A stretch of 14,019 nucleotides of DNA from a virus. Taxonomy: Duplodnaviria; Heunggongvirae; Uroviricota; Caudoviricetes. The notes below the pieces were generated by a model that saw only the letters and a list, made by a program, of their open reading frames with translations, had not been told where the DNA came from and did no database searches. The stretch lies in IMG/VR virus record IMGVR_UViG_2698536552_000015; one strand, given 5' to 3'. The translations under genes and the position numbers were made by a program. Below are positions 8,187-14,019 of the stretch, one piece after another; position 1 is the first letter of the stretch; each line of letters begins with the position of its first letter.

Positions 8187-8221
8187 TTGAATGTACTGTC
8201 AGTTCTGTTATAGCATGTACT
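8187..8221 (+). promoter_or_regulatory. Candidate ydaS promoter (TTGAAT-N16-TATAGC) flanked by two direct ATGTACT repeats; putative RacR operator region (OR-like)
   Basis: -35 TTGAAT at 8187-8192, -10 TATAGC at 8209-8214, ATGTACT at 8191-8197 and 8215-8221. Lies between divergent racR and ydaS. Confidence 0.4.
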
Positions 8222-8245
8222 CAAAGTTCACATTGTGAGGGTGAT

Positions 8246-8500
8246 ATGAACCAGAAAACACTTGAAGATGTAATCAAAACTGTTCGCGTTTCTGTTGTGG
8301 CCGACGTTTGTGGTGTCAGCCAAAGAGCAATCTACAAATGGATGGATAACGGAAAATTGCCTCGCACAGAATATACCGGCGAAACAAATTACGCTGAAAA
8401 AATCGCTCATGCATCAAACGGATTATTTTCTGCTGATGTAATTTTAACTATTGGCAGAAATAAAACTACTACGAAAAAGCTGATGGGAGTTGATTCATGA
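8246..8500 (+). CDS. ydaS: Cro-like helix-turn-helix protein YdaS (84 aa)
   Basis: ATG at 8246 preceded by GAGG gives MNQKTLEDVIKTVRVSVVADVCGVSQRAIYKWMDNGKLPRTEY… with an HTH motif. Divergent from racR. Its stop overlaps the ydaT start as ATGA. Confidence 0.8.
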   Translation: MNQKTLEDVIKTVRVSVVADVCGVSQRAIYKWMDNGKLPRTEYTGETNYAEKIAHASNGLFSADVILTIGRNKTTTKKLMGVDS

Positions 8501-8919
8501 AAATCAAGCATGAGCACATCGAGTCAGTGTTGTTAGCCCTGGCAGCCGAAAAAGGGCAGGCATGGGTAGCCAATGCCATTACTGAAGAATATCTGCGCCA
8601 GGGGGGCGGCGAATTGCCCCTGGTACCAGGCAAGGACTGGAATAATCAGCAGAATATCTATCACCGTTGGTTGAAAGGTGAAACGAAAACGCAAAGAGAA
8701 AAAATTCAGAAGCTGATCCCAGCAATTCTGGCAATCCTTCCGCGCGAGCTGCGTCACCGACTCTGCATCNNNNNNNNNNNNNNNNNNNNNNNNNNNNNNN
8801 NNNNNNNNNNNNNNNNNNNNNNNNNNNNNNNNNNNNNNNNNNNNNNNNNNNNNNNNNNNNNNNNNNNNNNNNNNNNNNNNNNNNNNNNNNNNNNNNNNNN
8901 NNNNNNNNNNNNNNNNNNN
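8497..8919 (+). CDS. ydaT: YdaT-like protein; N-terminal 91 codons visible (8497..8769), 3' end hidden in an N run (end inferred from a recalled length of about 140 aa)
   Basis: MKIKHEHIESVLLALAAEKGQAWVANAITEEYLRQGGGELPLVPGKDWNNQQNIYHRWLKGETKTQREKIQKLIPAILAILPRELRHRLCI then N run. GGGAG Shine-Dalgarno upstream. Confidence 0.7.
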
Positions 8920-9030
8920 NNNNNNNNNNNNNNNNNNNNNNNNNNNNNNNNNNNNNNNNNNNNNNNNNNNNNNNNNNNNNNNNNNNNNNNNNNNNNNNNN
9001 NNNNNNNNNNNNNNNNNNNNNNNNNNNNNN
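8770..9030. other. N-masked run (261 nt), no sequence information
   Basis: Run of n in the input; hides the ydaT 3' end and ydaU 5' end. Confidence 0.99.
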
Positions 9031-9814
9031 TACCTGGCTGACACCATGCATTTGTCAGCAGAGGAGCATGGTGCGTATTTGTTGCTGATGTTCAATTACT
9101 GGCAAACAGGAAAGCCAATACCTAAAAACAGGCTGGCAAAAATTGCCCGTCTGACTAACGAGCGATGGGCTGATGTTGAACCATCCTTGCAGGAGTTTTT
9201 TTGCGATAACGGCGAGGAATGGGTGCATCTTCGGATTGAGGAAGATCTGGCATCANNNNNNNNNNNNNNNNNNNNNNNNNNNNNNNNNNNNNNNNNNNNN
9301 NNNNNNNNNNNNNNNNNNNNNNNNNNNNNNNNNNNNNNNNNNNNNNNNNNNNNNNNNNNNNNNNNNNNNNNNNNNNNNNNNNNNNNNNNNNNNNNNNNNN
9401 NNNNNNNNNNNNNNNNNNNNNNNNNNNNNNNNNNNNNNNNNNNNNNNNNNNNNNNNNNNNNNNNNNNNNNNNNNNNNNNNNNNNNNNNNNNNNNNNNNNN
9501 NNNNNAAAAAGTTTGACCCTCTGGATATTGCTTTGCCGAACTGGATTTCTGTCTCGCTTTGGCGTGAGTGGGTTGAATTTCGCCAGGCATTGCGAAAACC
9601 GATTCGAACGGAGCAGGGCGCTAACGGGGCGATACGGGAGCTGGAAAAATTCCGCCAGCAGGGTTTTTCACCTGAGCAGGTGATTCGACACAGCATCGCC
9701 AATGAATACCAGGGCTTGTTCGCGCCGAAAGGTGTTCGACCTGAGACGTTACTCCGACAGGTTAACACCGTCTCGTTACCGGATAGTGCGATCCCGCCAG
9801 GCTTCAGGGGGTAA
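8957..9814 (+). CDS. ydaU: DUF1376-type replication-associated protein YdaU-like; start inferred inside an N run, interrupted by a second N run
   Basis: Visible segments: 9031-9255 YLADTMHLSAEEHGAYLLLMFNYWQTGKPIPKNRLAKIARLTNERWADVEPSLQEFFCDNGEEWVHLRIEEDLAS (DUF1376-like motif), and 9506-9814 KKFDPLDIALPNWISVSLWREWVEFRQALRKPIRTEQGANGAIRELEKFRQQGFSPEQVIRHSIANEYQGLF…PPGFRG*. The two segments are in different frames (+1 across the 250-nt N run). Confidence 0.65.
9256..9505. other. N-masked run (250 nt)
   Basis: Run of n in the input, inside ydaU. Confidence 0.99.
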
Positions 9815-9820
9815 CTGACC

Positions 9821-11022
9821 ATGAAAAATATTGCGACAGGCGACGTTCTTGAACGTATCCGCAGACTGGCCCCGTCACATGTAACCGCGCCATTCAAGAC
9901 GGTAGCGGAGTGGCGCGAGTGGCAACTTTCCGAAGGCCAGAAACGTTGTGAGGAGATCAACCGTCAGAATCGTCAGTTGCGGGTGGAAAAAATTCTGAAT
10001 CGCTCTGGCATCCAGCCATTGCACCGCAAATGCTCGTTTTCGAATTACCAGGTGCAGAACGAAGCGCAGCGATACGCGTTGAGTCAGGCGAAATCCATCG
10101 CTGATGAACTGATGACCGGGTGTACAAATTTTGCGTTCAGCGGAAAACCTGGTACCGGGAAGAACCACTTAGCGGCAGCTATCGGGAATCGCCTGCTGAA
10201 AGACGGTCAGACAGTGATTGTGGTTACCGTGGCTGATGTTATGAGTGNNNNNNNNNNNNNNNNNNNNNNNNNNNNNNNNNNNNNNNNNNNNNNNNNNNNN
10301 NNNNNNNNNNNNNNNNNNNNNNNNNNNNNNNNNNNNNNNNNNNNNNNNNNNNNNNNNNNNNNNNNNNNNNNNNNNNNNNNNNNNNNNNNNNNNNNNNNNN
10401 NNNNNNNNNNNNNNNNNNNNNNNNNNNNNNNNNNNNNNNNNNNNNNNNNNNNNNNNNNNNNNNNNNNNNNNNNNNNNNNNNNNNNNNNNNNNNNNNNNNN
10501 NGAACGACGGCCAGCGATACGCGTTAAGCCAGGCGAAATCCATCGCCGATGAACNNNNNNNNNNNNNNNNNNNNNNNNNNNNNNNNNNNNNNNNNNNNNN
10601 NNNNNNNNNNNNNNNNNNNNNNNNNNNNNNNNNNNNNNNNNNNNNNNNNNNNNNNNNNNNNNNNNNNNNNNNNNNNNNNNNNNNNNNNNNNNNNNNNNNN
10701 NNNNNNNNNNNNNNNNNNNNNNNNNNNNNNNNNNNNNNNNNNNNNNNNNNNNNNNNNNNNNNNNNNNNNNNNNNNNNNNNNNNNNNNNNNNNNNNNNNNN
10801 NNNNNNNNNNNNNNNNNNNNGGTGGTGCTGCACCAGATTGTTGATCGCCGGACAGCGTCGATGCGCAGCGTGGGGATGCTGACAAACCTGAACTATGAGG
10901 TGATGAAAACATTGCTCGGCGAGCGGGTGATGGATCGCATGGTCATGAACGGCGGGCGCTGGGTGAATTTTAACTGGGAGAGCTGGCGTCCGAATGTTAG
11001 CCATTCGAGGGTTGTTAAGTAG
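9821..11022 (+). CDS. ydaV: DnaC-like replication/helicase-loader protein YdaV region with an AAA+ Walker A motif; about 450 nt longer than expected and containing a diverged second copy of an internal segment (one enlarged gene, or a 5' fragment plus a second full copy)
   Basis: N-terminal 142 codons visible (9821-10246): MKNIATGDVLERIRRLAPSHVTAPFKTVAEW…FSGKPGTGKNHLAAAIGNRLLKDGQTVIVVTVADVMS. C-terminal segment 10822-11022: VVLHQIVDRRTASMRSVGMLTNLNYEVMKTLLGERVMDRMVMNGGRWVNFNWESWRPNVSHSRVVK*. The island 10502-10554 repeats residues around 79-96. Frames differ between segments (2, 3, 1). Confidence 0.7.
10248..10501. other. N-masked run (254 nt)
   Basis: Run of n in the input, inside the ydaV region. 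Confidence 0.99.
10555..10820. other. N-masked run (266 nt)
   Basis: Run of n in the input, inside the ydaV region. Confidence 0.99.
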
Positions 11023-11036
11023 TTTCAGGAGGATTT

Positions 11037-11459
11037 ATGGCGAAACCTTTTACTCCCGAACAGCGGGAAGAACTGAAGACGCGAATTGTGGAACTCGTGC
11101 ATCAGGACGGTCGGGTCACGATTCGGCAGTTGTCAGATGAAACAGGTATCAGTCGTGCGTCTGTCGGTCGCTTATGCATAGAACTGGTCGCAAGTGGTGA
11201 TGTATATAATTCTGGCTACGGCTTATTCCCGTCTGAACAGGCTCGCAAGGACTGGCAAAGCGCCCGCAAAAAACTCTCGAGAGTAAAGGTGAGGAAACCG
11301 GTTGTTGTTGATCCGGACCTTATCTGGTCATTACCTGACGGAGAAATACGCCGCTACGACAGGCGCCTGAATATAATCTGTCGCGAGTGCCGGAAGAGCG
11401 AAGCTATGCAGCGTGTACTGGCTTTCTATCAGGGTAATTTTCAGGAGGCGATACTGTGA
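11037..11459 (+). CDS. Hypothetical prophage protein (140 aa) with a predicted N-terminal winged helix-turn-helix
   Basis: ORF track 11037..11459; AGGAGG Shine-Dalgarno 4 nt upstream. The segment VTIRQLSDETGISRASVGRLCIELVASGDV looks like an HTH; a single CxxC (CRECRK) lies in the C-terminal half. Family not recognised with confidence. Confidence 0.6.
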   Translation: MAKPFTPEQREELKTRIVELVHQDGRVTIRQLSDETGISRASVGRLCIELVASGDVYNSGYGLFPSEQARKDWQSARKKLSRVKVRKPVVVDPDLIWSLPDGEIRRYDRRLNIICRECRKSEAMQRVLAFYQGNFQEAIL

Positions 11460-11516
11460 ATGAAATTAGCTATCAGGCTTCAATTACCGCTGGCATTCGC
11501 ATCAAAGGAGAGGAGC

Positions 11517-11873
11517 ATGGAAATAAAACCAGAAGATGAGTTAAGCAATATCGTTTTATTTCCGGTAAAAGAGGATGACCCTCGTAATCAGGTTAATTTT
11601 CTTTATGAGCCATCGGAAAGACCATATTGCCATCACGCCTCTGTACGGGTTGACGAAAAAGAGCGTCAGGTCCGCTGTAAAATCTGCGGTGCGGTTGTGG
11701 AGCCGTTTGACTGGATGCTCTCTGTGGCAAAAAGAGAAACCAGACTGGCAGATGATGTAAGGCTATTGCGCCAGGAGGAACAGGAAAGGCGGAGAAATAT
11801 AGAAAAGCTGATACAGATTGAGCGTAACGCGAAAGCGCGGATACGCAGGGCGACAAAATCCAGAACTGAATAA
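11517..11873 (+). CDS. Hypothetical small protein (118 aa) with a C-x15-CxxC zinc-ribbon-like motif and a basic coiled-coil tail; alternative start at 11460 (137 aa)
   Basis: ORF 11460..11873; internal ATG at 11517 has a strong AAGGAG Shine-Dalgarno with a 6-nt spacer. Motif YCHHASVRVDEKERQVRCKICG; C-terminus RLLRQEEQERRRNIEKLIQIERNAKARIRRATKSRTE. Confidence 0.55.
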   Translation: MEIKPEDELSNIVLFPVKEDDPRNQVNFLYEPSERPYCHHASVRVDEKERQVRCKICGAVVEPFDWMLSVAKRETRLADDVRLLRQEEQERRRNIEKLIQIERNAKARIRRATKSRTE

Positions 11874-12020
11874 TTAAATTTAGCACTGTTAAAAATTTAA
11901 TCCTTAACCGGAGGGATTTCTGCACCCTCAAATCATCAGGAGACCACCCGAAAGGGCGGGGAGCAGTCACACATCTGTTTCCGATAGCCCCGTTCTAATG
12001 CTACACTCTTTGATATTTTT

Positions 12021-12707
12021 ATGACCCCAATAAACATATTTATGACAGTTGCTGATTTCAAACGGCCCAAATTGGAGCTCCCAAACGGGGCAAACAAACT
12101 ACTACTGCACTCTTGCTGTGCTCCATGTTCCGGTGAGGTGATGGAGGCGCTTCAGGCCTCGGGAATCGACTACACCATCTTTTTCTACAACCCGAACATT
12201 CATCCTCAGAAAGAGTATTTAATTCGTAAGGATGAGAATATTCGCTTTGCTGAACAACACGGCGTGCCGTTTATTGATGCTGATTACGACACAGACAACT
12301 GGTTTGAACGAGCCAAAGGAATGGAATGGGAGCCCGAACGAGGGATCCGTTGCACCATGTGTTTTGACATGCGTTTTGAGCGGACAGCGCTGTACGCCGC
12401 TGAAAATGGTTTCAGTGTGATCAGCAGTTCACTGGGCATTTCACGCTGGAAAAATATGCAGCAGGTTAACGACTGTGGGCGGCGAGCCGTCGCGCATTAT
12501 CCGGGCATGGTGTACTGGGATTATAACTGGCGCAAGCAGGGCGGCTCGTCCCGTATGATTGAAATCAGCAAGCGCGAAAAATTCTATCAGCAGGAATATT
12601 GTGGCTGTGTGTATTCTCTGCGCGATACCAATCTACACCGCAAATCTCAGGGACGCCCTCTTATCAAAATTGGTCAACTCCACTACGGTAAAGAAGAGAA
12701 GGAGTGA
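12021..12707 (+). CDS. queH: QueH-like epoxyqueuosine reductase (DUF208 family), 228 aa
   Basis: ORF track 12021..12707. Motifs as I recall for QueH/DUF208: [23 protein letters not shown], and C-terminal YCGCVYSL. No obvious Shine-Dalgarno; the true start may be the ATG at 12042. Confidence 0.65.
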   Translation: MTPINIFMTVADFKRPKLELPNGANKLLLHSCCAPCSGEVMEALQASGIDYTIFFYNPNIHPQKEYLIRKDENIRFAEQHGVPFIDADYDTDNWFERAKGMEWEPERGIRCTMCFDMRFERTALYAAENGFSVISSSLGISRWKNMQQVNDCGRRAVAHYPGMVYWDYNWRKQGGSSRMIEISKREKFYQQEYCGCVYSLRDTNLHRKSQGRPLIKIGQLHYGKEEKE

Positions 12708-12728
12708 TTTTATGGGGCACCTTTCTGA

Positions 12729-12758
12729 TTGATTTCATATTGGCGAGGTAAGTAGAAT
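12729..12758 (+). promoter_or_regulatory. Candidate sigma70 promoter of the hok/mok mRNA (TTGATT-N18-TAGAAT)
   Basis: -35 at 12729-12734, -10 at 12753-12758. The predicted start site (about 12762-12765) coincides with the 5' element that is complementary to the mRNA 3' end. Confidence 0.4.
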
Positions 12759-12819
12759 GACTGCGGGTGCTTGAGGCTATCTGCTTCAGGCATGAACACC
12801 AAAAGGCAGATAGAGAAAA

Positions 12820-12886
12820 GCCCCAGTTAACATTACGCGTCCGGCAAGACGCTTAACATTAATCTGAGGCCAATTTCATGCTTTGC
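12820..12886 (-). ncRNA. Candidate Sok-like antisense RNA overlapping the mok translation start (coordinates approximate)
   Basis: Minus-strand promoter-like hexamers TTGCCT (complement of 12916-12921), 17-nt spacer, TAACCT (complement of 12893-12898). Position relative to mok/hok matches the known hok/sok organisation. The 3' end is not defined. Confidence 0.25.
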
Positions 12887-13090
12887 ACATGTAGGTTAGC
12901 CTCTTACATGCCGAAAGGCAAGGAGAAGCAGGCTATGAAGCAGCAAAAGGCGATGTTAATCGCCCTGATCGTCATCTGTTTAACCGTCATAGTGACGGCA
13001 CTGGTAACGAGGAAAGACCTCTGTGAGGTACGAATCCGAACCGGCCAGACGGAGGTCGCTGTCTTCGTAGACTACGAATCCAGGAAGTAA
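12878..13090 (+). CDS. Mok-like reading frame (70 aa): in-frame N-terminal extension of hok, as in mokC/hokC
   Basis: ATG at 12878 in the same frame as hok (MLCTCRLASYMPKGKEKQA + Hok), the same arrangement as the chromosomal mokC/hokC pair as recalled. Confidence 0.5.
   Translation: MLCTCRLASYMPKGKEKQAMKQQKAMLIALIVICLTVIVTALVTRKDLCEVRIRTGQTEVAVFVDYESRK
12935..13090 (+). CDS. Hok/Gef-family type I toxin (51 aa), HokC/HokD-like membrane peptide
   Basis: MKQQKAMLIALIVICLTVIVTALVTRKDLCEVRIRTGQTEVAVFVDYESRK carries the family signature LVTRKDLCEV-IRTGQTEVAVF. AAGGAGAAG Shine-Dalgarno upstream. Confidence 0.9.
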   Translation: MKQQKAMLIALIVICLTVIVTALVTRKDLCEVRIRTGQTEVAVFVDYESRK

Positions 13091-13098
13091 GAGTGACC

Positions 13099-13126
13099 GG
13101 GCGGGGAGCTGATCCCATCCCCGCCC
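13099..13126 (+). other. Perfect 9-bp GC-rich stem-loop (GGGCGGGGA-N10-TCCCCGCCC) 9 nt after the hok stop
   Basis: Read directly from the sequence; part of the structured hok mRNA 3' region. Confidence 0.5.
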
Positions 13127-13166
13127 ACCTCTGATGTGTCAGGCATCCTCAACGCACCCGCACTTA

Positions 13167-13216
13167 ACCCGCCCATCGCTGTGATCTCTCAGCGTTTCGG
13201 CGGGTTTTTTGTTGTT
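13167..13216 (+). terminator. Rho-independent terminator of the hok transcript
   Basis: Outer stem ACCCGCC/GGCGGGT (13167-13173, 13199-13205) with inner stem CGCTG/CAGCG, followed by TTTTTTGTTGTTT. Confidence 0.55.
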
Positions 13217-13230
13217 TATTTCCGGTGAAT

Positions 13231-13258
13231 TTGATTCGCGCACCTTCGCAGATAGAAT
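13231..13258 (+). promoter_or_regulatory. Candidate sigma70 promoter for the downstream small-gene operon (TTGATT-N16-TAGAAT)
   Basis: -35 at 13231-13236, -10 at 13253-13258; same hexamers as the candidate hok promoter. Confidence 0.35.
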
Positions 13259-13339
13259 CGACTCACTTAAGTAGCGCGCAGGGAGAAGAGGGATGGACCC
13301 CGAACAGGGGAGAGCTATTTATCTGGAAGGATTCTGAAG

Positions 13340-13627
13340 ATGAAAATCGAAGAATTGCGTGAAATTTTTAGTGAAAATGGCCTCTATGCTGTGCGCGTTG
13401 AGAATGGAGCGATTGTCAGCCATTGCCGCATTAGATGTTTGCAATCTCAACAAAGGAAGAGCGGTGCTGTGTTATTTTATTTTTGTAATGGACTTCTGAC
13501 GGACGGTTTTATTTTGCGTGAGGACGAATTTGTCACATCATTACGGGTTTTGAAAGAGATTGGTTTTAAGGCTGGTTTTCTGCTTTTGCTGAAGAATAAA
13601 CTCATCTACAATCTTGAGCAGGATTGA
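13340..13627 (+). CDS. Hypothetical protein (95 aa)
   Basis: ORF track 13340..13627; GGAAGG 9 nt upstream of the ATG; stop overlaps the next ORF. No family recognised. Confidence 0.45.
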   Translation: MKIEELREIFSENGLYAVRVENGAIVSHCRIRCLQSQQRKSGAVLFYFCNGLLTDGFILREDEFVTSLRVLKEIGFKAGFLLLLKNKLIYNLEQD

Positions 13628-13665
13628 ACTCCTGCTGTGTAACACCGTGCCACCGGAGAAAGCCG

Positions 13666-14019
13666 ATGGCACATATACAACTGGTCAAACAAACCTCTTC
13701 CGGATTACTTCTCCCGGCGACGCCGGAGAGTTGCGATTTTCTGCATCAAATCAAAATAGGTGAGTGGATACACGCAGACTTTAAGCGTGTGTGTAACTAC
13801 GCATTCCACAAGCGTTTTTTCAAACTCCTGCAACTGGGTTTCGATTACTGGACTCCGGTCGGTGGGGCGATCACGCCTCGCGAACGAAAACTGGTGTCCG
13901 GTTTCGTTGATTACCTGTGTGAATCAGTAGGCCGGGAACATACGCCAGCTCTGAGCGAAGCCGCAGAGCAATTGAGGTGTACTGGCAATAGCGGACACTA
14001 CCATTTGTTCTTTTTTTAA
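13666..14019 (+). CDS. Conserved lambdoid nin-region-like hypothetical protein (117 aa from ATG 13666); stop codon is the last three bases of the window
   Basis: ORF 13624..14019 starts at a TTG; the ATG at 13666 has a GGAGAAAG Shine-Dalgarno and gives MAHIQLVKQTSSGLLLPATPESCDFLHQIKIGEWIHADFKRV…. Resembles prophage proteins I associate with a DUF family of nin regions, but I cannot name the family reliably. Confidence 0.55.
   Translation: MAHIQLVKQTSSGLLLPATPESCDFLHQIKIGEWIHADFKRVCNYAFHKRFFKLLQLGFDYWTPVGGAITPRERKLVSGFVDYLCESVGREHTPALSEAAEQLRCTGNSGHYHLFFF

Noticed and set aside
8174-8245. Longer 108-aa form of ydaS starting at 8174
   Set aside because: That start lies inside the racR start region and promoter; the ATG at 8246 has a GAGG Shine-Dalgarno and begins the HTH domain.
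8228-8410. Minus-strand ORF 8228..8410
   Set aside because: Antisense to ydaS; shadow ORF.
8533-11004. X-rich ORFs spanning the N runs (8533..9051, 8754..9095, 9096..9590, 9173..9814 upstream part, 9253..9960, 10169..10912, 10207..11004, 10245..10844, 10549..11022 upstream part) and minus-strand ORF 9875..10168
   Set aside because: Their length comes from translating N as X; the non-N parts are antisense or out of frame with ydaT, ydaU and ydaV. Only the in-frame visible segments of those genes were used.
11575-11970. ORFs 11575..11760 (+) and 11593..11970 (-)
   Set aside because: Alternative-frame and antisense ORFs overlapping the 11517..11873 gene; no start signals.
12232-12420. Plus-strand ORF 12232..12420
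   Set aside because: Alternative frame inside queH.
1-14019. CRISPR arrays, tRNA/rRNA genes, IS elements and transposases
   Set aside because: No spaced direct-repeat array, no tRNA-like T-arm or anticodon-stem pattern, and no transposase-like ORF or terminal inverted repeats were seen on manual reading. A covariance-model or tRNA scan was not run, so a short degenerate element could have been missed.

Overview
This window is the left and central part of a Rac-type lambdoid prophage from an enterobacterium (E. coli/Shigella-like; inferred from protein identities recalled from memory, no search was run). Three modules are visible. (1) A leftward early-left operon on the minus strand, 1..6229: intR, xisR, ydaC/rcbA, ralR, recT, recE, racC, ydaE, kilR. 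(2) An immunity region, 6671..8500: sieB (+), ydaF and ydaG (-), the repressor racR (-), and divergent cro-like ydaS (+), with GTAC-core repeats on both sides of racR. (3) A rightward replication module, 8497..11022 (ydaT, ydaU, DnaC-like ydaV), interrupted by four N-masked runs (8770-9030, 9256-9505, 10248-10501, 10555-10820). To the right of the replication genes the content is not what I recall for K-12 Rac: two small hypothetical genes (winged-HTH and zinc-ribbon/coiled-coil), a QueH-like (DUF208) epoxyqueuosine reductase gene, a complete hok/mok type I toxin locus, and two small nin-region-like genes. The best-supported unusual observations are: an in-frame TGA inside ralR; a diverged second copy of an internal ydaV segment 445 nt downstream of the first; a 15-bp 5'/3' complementarity in the hok mRNA (tac/fbi-like); a tRNA-modification gene carried as prophage cargo; and an uncharacterised two-gene cassette at 11037..11873. 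No tRNA, rRNA, CRISPR array or transposase/IS element was found. All coordinates inside N runs are inferred.
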